From assembly GCA_051362555.1 (NCBI GenBank), contig CM120646.1, forward strand, positions 21,452,001 to 21,516,000: a DNA stretch of 64,000 nt, read 5' to 3'. Of the stretch, positions 1 to 15,171 are shown piece after piece. The notes under the pieces were generated by a model, which was not told where the DNA came from, made no database searches, and saw nothing but the letters and a program-made list of their open reading frames with translations. Within the stretch, counting starts at the first letter, position 1. Each line of letters starts with the position of its first letter. The stretch comes from Lingula anatina (taxonomy: Eukaryota; Animalia; Brachiopoda). The translations under genes and the position numbers were made by a program.

Positions 1-221
1 TTGAAATAAATTTGCGAAGATGAGTTTCAAAGTTGAAGATCTATAAATGCATTAATATTTATCAAATATTAAAATATCAAACACACTATATGTTAAATTT
101 TGCAGATGACACTTCAGGAGTGCATCTTTTGTACACTTGAAGTTTCAAGAGCAATTATAATGTTTCATTCAAGGAATTCACCCAGAAGGTTCTGTATATT
201 TCGTTCTTATGTTGTACTCAC

Positions 222-2192
222 CCGCACAGTCGTATGTGCCGTTCTTCACGTAGCCGTCATAGCAATCACATATGTAGGAACCCATGCTGTTGATACAAAT
301 ACTGGTGCAGAGGTTGCTGGTCGTGTTACTAGTACATTCGTCAATGTCTAAAATAATATATTTATTACACAAATGTGTTATTATCTATTTATTTTTGTAT
401 CTATTAGTTGAAGTTCTTGTCGATGTTTTAGTAATACAACACCTCGATTTTCCATATAAAAATAGTACAATGAAATATTTGTGTCACATAATTGATCCAC
501 ATTTTGATATTTAATCTGAAACAACAAGGAAGAACGCCAAACCATACCTTAACCACGCCCCTTGGCTATACTTACCCACACATTTGTTTTCCTCGGTGTC
601 CAGCTCGTATCCGGTGGGGCAGGCCGTGCAGTTGAAGGCTGGGTATCCCAGTGCCTCCAGATCTGCCGGCACGTCCGTACAGTTGGAGCCCTGGGGGCAT
701 GGGTTCTGGTCGCAGCCGTCCGTGTCCGTCTCACAATTGTCGCCTGCAATGTGGATACATTAGACTATATAAATACCAGTAATATTCGTGTGGATTGATA
801 AAAAAAAACCAACCCAAAATGGATTTTAGATAACAATTTAAGATTAAATGGATAAATGATGGATAATTGGATAATTTAAAACGACTATTGTGGTCTGGGC
901 ACAACTAGATACTGGAGTATTTGAACATTTTGACTGAGCAATAAACAGAGACTTACATATGTGGCCGTTCTCTTAAGCATTTCCTTTTTCCAAGGAAGAT
1001 ACACAATATATCCTTTATATATTAAGCGTATGCTGTCTGGAGAAAAAATCAAATGTAATTCGTACCTGACCACCCTGTGGAACAGTTACAAGCCACCTGG
1101 TAGAAGTCTGTGTTGTTCACTACGGTCACGGAGTCAAACAGGCATATCCCGTTGCCAGAGCATCCGGTACAGTACCGGATCTCCAGGGTGAGTTCTGTAA
1201 CTCCACCGCGACCGTCATTCGCTACGAATCTAAATACAGGGAACACACTGGTGATTACGTAAGCAATTTTAATTTAAAATTAATTTAAAAATTGATTTTG
1301 TACATGTCAATTGCACCACTACAAAGGATTTTAGAAGCAAAAAAAAAAAAAAATCTAACAAACAATAACGTTAATACAATTTTACAGTATTCCGATACTA
1401 TACATACCCTAATGAAGCGATATCCAGACCTTGGGGTGGCGTCCAGAACACGTAATTAGTGGCGTTGTCAAATGCGGCGCCAGATGGCAGCGACGATGAA
1501 GACGAGACTGATACGTTGTCTCCGTCAGGGTCGGTAGGGGAGAGAGCTAGAGATATGAGCTCTCCCGCCGTAATACGCAGGACGGTTGCATTGGCGCTTA
1601 ATGTTGGCGCTTGATTTTCTTTAAAAGAATAAGAAAGACAGTTAAAAACAGAACGTAATCAGCGACTGAGAGATGTCAATTTAGGTTAAACAAACCCTGG
1701 CGGAATAGGAAGGTTGGTACATTTTGTGTATACTTTAATAAACTAAACAATACGTAATTTGATTCCTGAAAACAGTAGAAAGAATTTTTGCAAACTATAT
1801 CTGCCCAAACAACATCTCTTATAAACCATGTGGACTTCAAAATGAGCGTGGCTTCGTAACTAACTGTGATTGTACGTCAAATCAAATTTCAAAATTAACT
1901 CACGTTGTTCAGCTGACGTGGCGACATTCGTCTCCTCGGCGACTCTGGATTCTGAGGCCAGTGCGTCGTTTCTCGTCAACACGTAGTCATAGACACAGTT
2001 CTTATTGTTATTACACTTTGTAGTGTACACCTCATTCCGCTCCGTCTCATTGCTCCAGGTAATGTCTTCAAAGAACAGTGGCTCGAAAGAGTTGTCCGTG
2101 TAGTTAGTTGTGGACAGGCCCTGGCCATAGTACAGGATAGAATCATTTTGTGAAATTTGCCCTAGAAGAAAATGATTTTATTCATTTATTCA

Positions 2193-2252
<60 letters not shown>

Positions 2253-4375
2253 GCTAAAACCAAGACAAATTTCAAATTTTAATCAGAGCCGAGAGACGTT
2301 TATCTGAATTCCAATTCAGCTTAAATGTATCGCACAAGGCATATTCAATACAGGACTAGTAAATCGCCTCCTTTTGGACATAATTTCTACTGAAACTCAT
2401 TACGCTCAGTTTAAAACGACTCCTTACTTTATTCACCAAATTTAACTAAGATTTTATTAAAACTCGACATACACAGCTGCCCAAAGTTGTAGAAGATCTC
2501 CCTCTGTGTGCTGTTGATACTGATTTGACTACCATCAGGCGTAGTGAAGTCATCGTTGGGGACATCGTTATAAATTCCTAGCAGACCGCGGGTTAGATTC
2601 TTGGCTTCTCCCGGCGCCGTGACGACAAAGTTCAGAACACCACCGGTCTTCAAGGCAAACTCTACCGTCCAACCTGGAAAAGGACACCATCGAATGTAAC
2701 GAGAGTGAATTTTCGGTGGTAAATATATATGGTTAAACTGGTGCATATTATTCCCCAACTGTACTTTTAAGCAATGATAGTTATATGGTAGTAAGCTTTG
2801 TAGTTGCACGCACACTTTGGATCAATGGCCGTATTACTTAAATCGCGTCTCACGTCTGAAATGTAGTAGTAGGCTGATAGATGGATACTTTCAAATGAAC
2901 GTAACTGACTTAGTGTTTACCACTTTTATTCTATTTCAATAAACACAGAGTCCCATTTGCCAGTAGCAATAGAAAAGAATATGAGATTTACCAGACACTA
3001 TTTCGTCTGTTGACAGTCAGACTTAGTCTGGGAAATTAGGACTGTAATAAGATATTGCCAGTCCACTGAGTGTGCGTTAGAGAAGGCTACTACTTGTTAC
3101 ATGTATTCTATATTACAAAAATTGTACAGTAAATCCATTCGAAAGCATGAACAGAAACAAACGCTCACCTGATACAGGGAATGTTGCAGTGACAGTGGCG
3201 ATCGTGGAATTATAGGTCAAGGCCATATTAGTGAGGGCACCACTTGTCAGAGACCCCCCGCTGAGGAGAGGAGAACCGTCCTCCCATTCTTGAGTTTGGT
3301 TCCTGTATATCCACAGCGCTAGTTCTAGGAGTAGATTTACGGGATATATTGACAAATAAATAATTCGCCAATTGTGACATTTCTTGGTGTGAAAACTACG
3401 ATATTCATCCTGGTACAGTATAATTACACTTCAAAAGTGACAACATAGCTAAAACATAGGCCGAAATAATGGCCATAATCAGTATTTTGGCAAGTCTTTA
3501 CTCCTTCACAAAGCGAAATAATATAACGAGCATCAGAAATATAAAAATATCAAATCACCAATAACACTAAATGCGCAAAAATAATATATTAATTAAAAAG
3601 ATGAAAATAAGAAAGAAAATACACTAATGCAAATAAGAATCTGCCATCTATACTATACCTGTATTGTTATTTATGAGTTCCACATGCACACCGTCTGAGT
3701 TCGTTTCATCGCGTGCGGCAAAGGCAGAAAACACTGTTGCATTCACAGGGGATCCATCTTTGTCTATTGCCCTCGCTGTACGTCCTTGGAACAGGAAATT
3801 GGTAGTCTGGTTATTCTCCAAGTATTTCACCATCCAGTACTCTCCATGGCCGTTAAACGAATAGCCGAACCCGTCAATAGTGGAAAAATGAGGGTCGCCG
3901 AACGACCAACCTGTTTGATACAGCAATAGTAGAAGAGCAATGAAGGGAAAACACGTAGAAATAAAGAAACTTAAAGGTACATACGAACCGAGCATCAGTG
4001 GAGCGTGGATTCCCAGTAACACATGTAAACAACTTCTACTAGATTCTTTTATGACTCCAATAAATTCGACATGCCAAGGGATAAACTGAATAGATCACTC
4101 GATCAGCCATAAAAGACCTTTAGACTGCTCCTTTCTTTAAATTTTTGGTTGTAAATTTAACCTACTTTCGTGACCTACTTTCCTGTCCCATTGACATACA
4201 GCTTAGAATGCCAGCAGAAAAATCTGTTCAAACATCATTTTCGGGTAAAATTAAACAATGCCTTTTGGTAATTCTCTTAGTTATACTACTTGAAACTATA
4301 TGCTGGCATTTGGTTGGTTTTTGTGACAAAAAATTGACTTTGTATGCATCTTTAAATGTAAACTTCGGCATAGTA

Positions 4376-4422
<47 letters not shown>

Positions 4423-5318
4423 CCTACCAAACCAAGGTGGTATATAACGAGAGCATGTATCCACAGGTCTGAAGGATTTGTACAGAGGACAAAGACCCTC
4501 GTAATCCTCGGCCTCCTGGCAGCACCATCGCTTAGGCTGAGTATCTTGTAAGTTACGAGTCATCCCAAAGTAGTAGTAGGACCAAAACCAGCTGTCGTCA
4601 GAGTAATACAGGATCAGGGTATTGGCACTGGGCCCGGTGGTGATTAGGGACCCCAGATTGCTGTCGTAACAACACTCCTAAAATTCACAAAGGTTACCAG
4701 TATTCGTTCATGAAATTACCATTTGCGCCGTCACTGGGCCCTTCTTAAAAACATCAAGCGGTAAACATTAGTGGTCCATAATCAACGACACATGTCTTAA
4801 ATGGTCGTACATGCCATAGGCGGTTATTACTTGCCATGAAAAGTGGCAATTATATCTGTTTACACAAAGTCTACACGACTCACCCTCCCTGACCCGAAGT
4901 ACCAACTTCCTCCGGTGGGATACGCGCAGTACGACGTCCAGTCCATGTACCAATTCCAATCCCACACAACCTGGCTGACCGAACAGGGACATGGACGAGT
5001 TAAAATATTGGCGTAGTAGTAGAAATAGGAGGTCCATTGATACCAGTAGTTGTTCCTCTGGGCGTCAACCCACTGCAGGCATTTCTCGTCGTAGTTGACG
5101 GAATCGTCATCCGTGGTGTCCAGACGGGCGACCCACTTGCCAACAATACCTGGAAAATGTACAAATGTAAAATGTATTATGCCTCTTGAAAGATTTGCCT
5201 ACATTAGCAAATAAGCTCTGATATGTGACTCGGATACCATGCTAAGCGTGCTTTTAAGTTCAAAAAGCATAAACAACTTAATAGATACATTTGGCGATAG
5301 ATTAAAAAAAGTCGCTAA

Positions 5319-5349
<31 letters not shown>

Positions 5350-6492
5350 GAAAAGAAAAAAAGAAGAAATTACATAAAAAGCAGATGTACAAAGGCGTTC
5401 GTAGTTTGAATAGTTTTCATTTGTTTTCTTTTTTGTTTGTTTCTGTTTTTTTTTTTTTTTCTTTTTTGACAAAACACGTTTTAACGATTAAAATCAATAA
5501 CCGGGGGCCTTCAGTCTACGTGTAACATCTAAATCCATAGCTCTACAATATTCTATTTAACAAGAACTAACAACAATCTTACCCGTGTTTCCGAGTTCCT
5601 CGTTAATCCTGGTGGACAGTTCCGACCCGGATGCAAAATTTTGGAAGATCCACCTGCTCGATCCTGATGAGCCCTCTCCGGCAGTATAGCCAATGTAAGC
5701 ACTGCGCGTGCTAGACAACGGACGCACGAACGTCCCGTAGTTTGTTATGGCAAAGGAACGCTGTCTATCGGTGGCAAAAATCACTTGATAGCTGTATCTC
5801 TGAAAGGAAAGCACACCGAAAAATTAAGTTAGACTCCTCACTAATGACAGGTACATGTATACCCACAGCTACCGCTATACTTTTGGTGCTCGTGGCTGCG
5901 ATGTTGCTACCATGCTTTAGCATTTTTACTGTGCTATCGCTATATATCTCCTTTCTCTAATCTCTAATTTTAACAATCATTGTTACTCAACTGAAGTATC
6001 TCCACGCACGTGAACGCATGTACAAAGCGACACAAATGCACACGCACACACACATTGCAGTGGTTTGAATAGTATTTTCATGTTTGTATTTTTCAAATTA
6101 TATTCATTTATTAGTCTATGAATTTGCTTGTTTGTTTTATAAGTTTTTTTTCGATTTTTTCGTAAAATGACACTACCGAATGACTATACATTCATGACCA
6201 AATCAAGGTGAAATCGCACAAACAGGTAGCCCTTCCCTCACCTCGCTATCAATATATCTTCGGTAATAGTAGGGTCTGGTGTTGTCCCAGGTGACGGCTA
6301 TTGCCCAGGCCACCTTGAACGGTTTGTTCAGCTCACCATAGGTGTTAATGTCGTGTTCAGCCAGGTCCATGATGTACCTGTCCTTCTGGTCTAGGTCCGC
6401 GTCGCTGTCATAAACCTATGATTAATACATCACTGTCCCTTTACATGTGAACAATAGCTACTAGTGTTTGCGTATGCAGATATTTGCGGAAA

Positions 6493-6527
<35 letters not shown>

Positions 6528-7002
6528 ACATACATATTATTCAAACTGAGAAATGAACGTTTTAATCCCCATTCATTCAATTCTTCCATTTTAATTTTCG
6601 GTGAGATACATGTATATTCTTTTAGGGACAAGTCTTTTAACTACGCATATAATCATGGTATACAGAATAATTTTATCCCCATGTGTTTGTATATATTCAG
6701 TTGTTTAACACAAATGTCCAACCTTCACCGATTGGTTGTATTTTTAAATAAGCCCCATCTAGACTAATCATACCTTGTACCACATGGAGACCTCGTTGTC
6801 AGATAGGTATCTCCCTCTCAAATCTTGATCAAACCACAGTGGAGCAAACACTGCCTTGGATAAGGTGAACAGCGAGCGGGGGATGAAGGAGTTGTATCGT
6901 CTGCCAAAACTCACCACACCGTTGGTTCCGAGCTGAATTAAATAGGGAGACAAGTTTCCCATTATTTATTGTTACAGTGACGTAATACTGTATGCAGGTA
7001 AA

Positions 7003-7034
<32 letters not shown>

Positions 7035-10000
7035 AAATTGTAAGAATTATCATATAGTTGAATGGTAAAAGACAATGAGTCTTTACGGGAGCAGGGCGGC
7101 CCATAGTAGAGATAAAAAGAAAGGCTGAAAATCAGAACCTATATGTCGTTGAAAGTTTTTTCTTATTTGCGTTGTAAAAAGTTTGTTGAAGAGAGTGAAG
7201 AGAGTTTGTTGAACGGTGACTTTAGCGGTAACCCTATTGTCCTAACTAATTAATACGTGAATACTTAGGTTCGGCGTGATACAAATGTGACAAAACAACC
7301 ATGTACAATTAATATTTGAAAAGGAGTTTGATATGGAAAAAATACCAACTGCACACTTACATACATCTTCTTGTATTTCTGGTTAAAGAAACGAAACTTG
7401 CCGGCGATTTTTATTTTCTTTGTCGCATCGTCTCTTTCAGTAAACGATGACTGCGAAAAGTTTGTTCCAAATTCATACATCTGTCCTGCGGCGGGTATGA
7501 TCACTATAATTACAAAAATTATATAAAATCTTAATCAAAAACCAATTTAGCTGAATAAGCTTCGTATTACCAATGAATGTTTACCAAGTAATGGGTGGGG
7601 GAGTACCGTAGAGCAACTATTTTACAAACACTTTTAGATTAAACCATATTACAATAGGCCTTATAAGATCTGTGGAGGGCGTTAACAATCTTAATGAACG
7701 GCCATTATGAAATCAAGACTGCAGTCATTAAAAGTTAACATCCGACTAATATGAAGCCCATTATACACTTACAGTTTTTGTCAGATCTACATTCCTTACA
7801 GTAGATATATATTGTTGAAATAAAAACCATGTTGTACAGAGAACGGAAACTAGGCAAACTCAAAGCTGACGCTTAATTGGCAACGTTATATAAATTACGT
7901 CACTGCATTGTGGCGTGTATATGCATTGCAATGCCGTGACGTGTCGTGACGTAGCACGTTTTGTTTGACGTAGTCTAGAAGGTACACATCGCAATCACAA
8001 CATGGATTTAAACATAATAGATCTACTAGGACTTAATATTTTTGTCTTCAAGAATTTCTAAGGTGTTGAAAATTTGGACTTCACAAAGATATATATAAAT
8101 TATACTTAAAAATATTCAAATAACAGAAAATAAGGCTAAAGACGGCGAAAGCGACACTATGTACACTAAACTATCGGAGTGCAAATGTTTTAATTTGTTT
8201 TGCCTTTTGTTTTTGGGAAAATAGACTGCTACTTTCACTGAGGTGTAAAACAGCAGATGAAATTCTTTTTTAGATGTGTAGATATTGCATGTCAAACACT
8301 GAAAGACTTAATTTGACATTTAATAAATTACATATTGAAGGTTAGATGTAAAGAATGAAAAAAAAATACAGTTCTCAGAATGCATCGATTACAGAACTTA
8401 CATGAGTCGCAGAATGTTCCGTGGTAGCCATAGTGACAATTGCAGGTAAACGAGTTGACGCCGTTCACACATGTACTTCGCGCAGAGCACGGATTGGACG
8501 CACAGTTGTTTATTAAGGTTTGGCAGTTTGTTCCCGTGTAGCCTGGAATTGTGAAACGAAACAATTCATTTTAGTTCAGAAGTATATAAAGTGGTACCTT
8601 ACCGGGTACTTTGTGTTACAAATGGTTCTAACCCTACTACTATCTAGACAGTATATTACACGAATATGATGGAATTATATTTTCTTCGTTAGATAGCATA
8701 TTTGGCAACCTTTCTGACAAAATAACGTCACCAATACTTTGACAATACAGGCGTGTGCTGCTTCCCCTTACATTTGTACTTACCAGCTACACAGGTGCAC
8801 GTGTATGAGTTTACCCCGTCAACACATTGTCCAGCGTTCTCACACGGGGCGTTTGCACAATCGTTTATATTTGATTCACAAAGAGATCCAGTGAAACCTA
8901 AATAATAATAAAAATATAACATAGAAGGGATTTATAATAATAAAGAATTGCCTTAATACTTTAATTTCATCAATAATAACAGTAGTGTTGTTAAGTGTAA
9001 GCCATTTACTTTACAACAGTAGGCAGAGGACGCAATCACTTATAAACAGATATTTCTCCAAAATACAAAAAAAAAAAAAAAAAAAAAACCTACATGTACG
9101 TAAATGCAGACTTCGTTAAAAGGGTCAACAGACGTACCGTCTTGACAAGAACACGTGAAGGAACTACTGGTCTGGCTGCAGAAGGCCTCATTTTGACAGG
9201 GGTTCACCCCCTCACACCAGTCATTGACGTCACAAAGGGGGCCAATCCAGCCTGTAAATATATGAACAACATCAGTATTTGGCCAGTTCTCGTAAAAGAC
9301 ATACAATGAAACGGTGCTCTTTGAGTGTAGACAACATGGCTTCAATTAAAAGTTAGTTACATTACATGTATAATAAACAATGCTAATCTAAATGGCCAAG
9401 TAATACTCAACTTACACTTAATATAATAATTTAATGTCCATCTCATGTATACATGTATATCAAAAATGTAATAAAAAGAAAAAAAATCGTTTTGAGAGAG
9501 AGAGAGAGAGAGGGGCGAGGGAAGATGATGTACCTGTATCACAAGTGCAGCTGAAATCATTCACCAGATCAGTGCAAGTTCCGTGTATTCCACAGACAGG
9601 CTCACCATTACCTGTTACACAGTCGTCTATATTGATTTCACAGTTGACTCCAGTAAAACCTTGAAAATGGGGAAAATACATAACTATAACTTAAAAAATA
9701 TAAATTCACTTGCATTTGTTGCCCATAACTAAATGACAACATACAGCTGCTTCACTTATTTAATTATATAAGAATGCGTAACAACTAATATTCTTTCTTC
9801 GCGTTATTTACCAACATAAGGCTACCGAATGGAAAGGCACGAAAGCGTTTCGTTCTACCATGGCAAGCAAAACTATACCTTAAGGGTATTCCATTGTTGA
9901 ATTTTCGATATGAGACATTCACACGTTGTTCGCTATATAAATTAAAAAGCAACAATACAATTTTATAAACAATTCCTAATTGAATATATTCAAGTATACA

Positions 10001-13000
10001 AAAACATATCCTTAAATTCGAATCTAACCATTTCAAATGAGATTCTGTTAACAGGAGACAAGAAATATTCCCATTTTTACCTGACAGGCAAATACACTGG
10101 TAACCCCCAGCTACATTATTCTGACAAGCCCCTTCATTACTGCAAGGTGCCAGGGCACATGGGTCAATGGGAGTCGGTGTGGTCGTTACAACGGAACTAG
10201 ACGAAGCTGCAACTGTTGTGGACGTCGCAACGAATGTATCTTGGACTGATTCATCAGAGCTGAAAAAGAACACATCTGACGTTCCGCTGGACAGATCAAA
10301 ACTGCTGTCATCATAGTAGCTGCTACTAGAAGATGCTATTTCAAACGTCGTTTCAAAGTATACCCCAGATGGACCAAGTGACACGCTAGATATTTCAAAA
10401 TCTGATGACTGTATGTCAGCAGCAGAAGATGAGAAGTCAAATGAGGCTCCAAAAGTAACATCCGAAGAGCTAATATCCTCACTAGACAAGTCAAAGCTTG
10501 AAGGTTCTGTTTGGATGCTTGATGATGCTGCATCAAATGATGATACAAATGAAACCTCTGTTGATTCAAAATCAGCGCTTGATGTGTCAGAGCTGGAGGG
10601 ATCTATTACACCAGGAGATGATTCTATTTCTGATGATGATGATACAAACGATAGATCGGAGGATCCAAAATCAATGCTTGGTTCTATCCCACTGCTTGGG
10701 GAACTAAAATCAAATGAGGACGATGAGTCAAATATTGATGGCTCTATAATACCTGATGTTGACTCTGATTCTGGTGAGGATACAAATGCTACATCAGACG
10801 ATCCAAAACCAATACCTGAAGTTTCAAAACTTGATGACTCTATGTCTGAACTTAATATTTCCGATTCCTGTGAGGAAACAAATGATATATCAGACGATCC
10901 AAAAACAAAGCTTGAAGAGTCAAAGCTTGATGACTCAATGCCAATACTCGATGATTCTGCGTCTGGTGATGATATAAAGGACACGTCAGTTGCTTCAAAA
11001 TCACTGCTTAAAGATTCAAAGCTTGACGGCTCAATGCCAGTACTTAATACATCTGATTCTGGCGAGGATGCAAATGATATATCAGACGATCCAAAATCAA
11101 TGCTTGAAGATTCAAAACTTGATGACTCTATGTCAGAACTGAATAATTCTGATTCCAGCGAGGAAACAAATGATATATCAGACGATCCAAAAACAAAGCT
11201 TGAAGAGTCAAAGCTTGATGACTCAATGCCAATACTCGATGATTCTGCATCTGGTGATGATATAAAGGACACGTCAGTTGCTTCAAAATCACTGCTCAAA
11301 GATTCAAAGCTTGATGGCTCAATGCCAGAACTTAATATTTCCGATTCCGGTGAGGATGCAAATGATATATCAGACGATCCAAAGTCAAAGCTTGAAGATT
11401 CAAAACTTGATGATCCTATGTCAGAACTTAAAATTTCTGATTCCGGTGAGGACACAAATGATATATCAGACGATCCAAAGTCAAAGCTTGAAGATTCAAA
11501 ACTTGATGACTCTATGTCAGAACTGAATAATTCTGATTCCAGCGAGGAAACAAATGATATATCAGACGATCCAAAAACAAAGCTTGATGACTCAATGCCA
11601 ATACTCGATGATTCTGCATCTGGTGATGATATAAAGGACACGTCAGTTGCTTCAAAACCACTGCTCAAAGATTCAAAGCTTGATGGCTCAATGCCAGAAC
11701 TAAATATTTCCGACTCCGGTGAGGATGCAAATGATATATCAGACGATCCAAAGTCAAAGCTTGAAGATTCAAAACTTGATGATACTATGTCAGAACTTAA
11801 AATTTCTGATTCCGGTGAGGACACAAATGATATATCAGACGATCCAAAGTCAAAGCTTGAAGATTCAAAACTTGATGACTCTATGCCAGAACTGAATATT
11901 TCTGATTCCAGTGAAGAAACAAACGATATATCAGACGATCCAAAATCACTGCTAAAAGATTCAAAGCTTGACGGCTCAATGTCGGAACTAAGTACTTCTG
12001 AATCCGGCGAGGATGCAAATGATATATCAGACAATCCAATGCTTGAAGATTCAAAATTTGACGACTCAGTGCCAGTGCTAAATATTTCTGACTCCAGTGA
12101 GGAAACAAATGACACATCAGACGATCCTAAATCAGCGCTTGACTCTATTCCAATGTTTGATGAACTAAAATCAAATGAGGACGATGAATCAAAACTTGAC
12201 GAGTCTATGCTAGTACTTAAAATTTCTGAACCCAATGATGAAACAAATGACACTTCAGGCGATCCAAAGCCATAGCTCGTAGATTCAAAACTTGACGACT
12301 CAATGACAGTGCTAAATATTTCTGATTCCGATGAGGATGCAAACGATACATCAGACGATCCAAGGTCAGCGCTTGACTCTATCCCAATGCTGGAGGGGCT
12401 AAAGTCGAATGCGGATGATGAGTCAAAGCTTGAAAACTCAATACTAGAACTATAAATTTCTGAAGCGGCAGATGACACATAGGGTATGTCAGACGATCCC
12501 AAATCAATGCTTGATAAAGAATCGGATGATGCATAAGACGACATAAATTCGGAACTTAAAAATTCTGATGTAGATAGAACAGCGGATATATCCGAGTCTG
12601 AAAAAGTGTCAGAAGCTTCTGAATATGATGCAAATATGGAGGCATCCGAAGTTGGTGGAATATATGAGACACCAGAACTTGACGGAATGTTGGAGAAATC
12701 GGAACTCGGTGAGGCTACGGAAACATCCGAACTTGATGGGATAACTGAGTCATCAGAGCTTGAGATGGAGTCATCTGAACTGATTGGATTAACGGAAACA
12801 TCCGAACTTGATGGAATGAATGAGATATCCGAGCTAGATAAAATCAAAGAAACATCAGAACTGGTTGAAATATTGGAGATGTCCGAACTCGACGCAAATA
12901 TGGATCCATCCTCACTGGAAGGAAATAAAATGTCTGAGCTTGACGGAAAAGCGGAAACATCCGAACTTGATGGGATAACTGATTCATCAGAGCTTGATGG

Positions 13001-15171
13001 AAACGCGGAAACATCCGAACTGGATGGGATAACTGAGTCATCAGAGCTTGATGGAAACGCGGAAACATCCGAACTGGATGGGATAACTGAGTCATCAGAG
13101 CTTGATGGAAACGCGGAAACATCCGAACTGGATGGGATAACTGATTCATCAGAGCTTGATGGAAACGCGGAAACATCCGAACTGGATGGGATAACTGAGT
13201 CATCAGAGCTTGATGAAATCCAAGAAACATCAGAACTTGAGAAAATATCGGAGATGTCTGAACTCGACACAAATATGGAGGCATCCTCACTTGAAGAAGA
13301 TGAAATGTCTGAGCTTGACGAAAACGCAGAAACAACTGAGCTTGATGGGAAAACTGTGTCAACGGAGGTTGAGGAGAAAAATGAAATATCTGAACTGGTT
13401 GGAATAGCGGAGACATCTGAACTTGATTGAATGGCGGAGATATCCGAACTTGGCGAGAAATCAGAGATGCCTGAAGTTGATGGGATAACTGAATCATCGG
13501 AGCTTGATGGGATAAAGGAGTTATCTGAACTTGTTGCAAAAATTGCAGTGTCTGAGCTAGATGGAAAAGAGGATAAATCCGAAGGAATAAATGAGGCATC
13601 TGAACTGCTTGGTATAGCGGAACCATCAGGCGATGAACTAGATACTGCAGATTCTGTTGTTAAAATAAGAACATCTGTCACTGACGGTGAACTGAAGACC
13701 GCTGAATCTGTACTTGAAATAGGGACTGCTGACTGTGATACAAGATCAGAAGTTGGTGGTTCTGCGGATGCACTAAGGACTATCGTGTCTGAAGCTGAAG
13801 TAAAGACCGCAGAATCTGTTGTTGAGCCAAAGGCTACCGAGCTTGATGTTGAACTGAACACTGCTGAGTCTGTTGTTGAACCAAGGTCTACCGATGCTGA
13901 ACTAAATATTGCCGAGTCTGATGTTGAACTTAACACTGCTGATTCTGTTGTTGAGCCAAGGGCTATCGATTCTGATGTTGAACTTAACACTGCCAAATCT
14001 GTCGTTGAACCAAGGGCTGTCGAGTCAGATGTTGAACTTAACACTGCCGAGTCTGATGTTGAACTAAACAGTGGTGAGTCTGTTGTTGAACCAAGGGCTA
14101 CCGAGTCTGTTGTTGAACTAGACGCTGGCGAGTCTGTTGTTGACAGGGCTATTGAGTCTGTTGTTGAACTAAACACTGGTGAGTCTGTTGTTGAACCAAG
14201 GGCTATCGAGTCTGTTGTTGAACTTAACACTGCCGAGTCTGATGTTGAACTAAACAGTGGTGAGTCTGTTGTTGAATCAAGGGCTATCGAGTCTGTTGTT
14301 GAACTAGACACTGCCGAATCTGTTGAACCAAGGGCTATCGAGTCTGTTGTTGAACTAAACACTGGTGAGTCTGTTGTTGAACTAAACACTGGCGAGTCTG
14401 TTGTTGAACTAAACACTGGTGAGTCTGTTGTTGAACTAAACACTGGTGAGTCTGATGTTGAACTAAACACTGGCGAGTCTGTTGTTGAACTTAACACTGC
14501 CGAGTCTGATGTTGAACTAAACACTGGTGAGTCTGTTGTTGAACCAAGGGCTATCGAGTCTGTTGTTGAACTAGACACTGCCGAATCTGTTGAACCAAGG
14601 GCTATCGAGTCTGATGTTGAACTAAACACTGGCGAGTCTGATGTTGAACTAAACACTGGTGAGTCTGTTGTTGAACTAAACACTGGCGAGTCTGTTGTTG
14701 AACTAAACACTGGTGAGTCTGTTGTTGAACTAAACACTGGTGAGTCTGATGTTGAACTAAACACTGGCGAGTCTGTTGTTGAACTTAACACTGCCGAGTC
14801 TGATGTTGAACTAAACACTGGCGAATCTGTTGTTGAACCAGCTATCGAATCTGATGCCGAAGTAACGACTGCTGAGTCTGTTGTTAAATCAGGGGCTATA
14901 GAAACTGAGTCTGACGCTGAAGTGACGACTGCTGAGTCTGTTGTTGAACTTAACACTGCAGAGTTTGTAACTGGTGAACTAAAGACTGCTGTGTCTGTTG
15001 TTGAGCTTAACAATTCTGACCCTGTTGTTGAACCAGGAACTACCGAGTCAGACGCTGAACTAAACACTGCTGAGTCTGTGGCTGTGATAGAGAGAGGGGA
15101 ATCTGAGGCCGAATTTGATACCGTGCTGACAGCTGTTTCACTGGTTACACTTGATCCCACTAATCCAGGAG
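222..15171 (-). CDS. Mucin-like (MUC4-type) protein: Ser-rich region - EGF x5 - NIDO - AMOP - VWD - EGF repeats; partial (5' exons unresolved, 3' end beyond window)
   Basis: GT-AG exons with consistent phases: 15171-10081, 9659-9534, 9251-9138, 8897-8784, 8542-8402 (EGF, e.g. [14 protein letters not shown]), 7503-7361, 6932-6774, 6415-6242, 5799-5583 (NIDO-like: [30 protein letters not shown]), 5149-4884, 4677-4428 (AMOP-like: CLQW..RPCPCS..ECCYD..WCC), 3910-3659 (VWD: [18 protein letters not shown]), 3324-3169, 2673-2473 ([20 protein letters not shown]), 2161-1904, 1618-1408, 1229-1066, 743-576, 347-222 (Ca-EGF, DIDEC). Confidence 0.9.
2196..2237. repeat. (TA)n microsatellite
   Basis: Direct observation, intronic. 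Confidence 0.9.
4377..4421. repeat. (AAT)n microsatellite
   Basis: Direct observation, adjacent to the donor at 4427. Confidence 0.9.
10400..15100 (-). repeat. Coding tandem repeats within the 5091-nt exon (about 30-bp/10-aa base period, with higher-order units)
   Basis: [10 protein letters not shown]-type 10-mers (~13850-14950), alternating [20 protein letters not shown] units (~12700-13500), and ~31-aa [31 protein letters not shown] units in longer duplicated blocks (~10800-12300). Confidence 0.9.

Noticed and set aside
4145-4447. Poly-Ile / poly-Leu / poly-Lys ORFs (also 18296, 25255, 26118)
   Set aside because: Translations of microsatellites or poly-A tracts in introns or intergenic DNA.
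9785-10080. C-terminal extension of the 1791-aa ORF ([11 protein letters not shown]...)
   Set aside because: Read-through into the intron past the donor at 10081/10080.
13850-14950. Regular ~30-bp repeats that superficially resemble a CRISPR array
   Set aside because: No unique spacers; they are in-frame coding repeats in a eukaryotic exon, and there are no cas genes.
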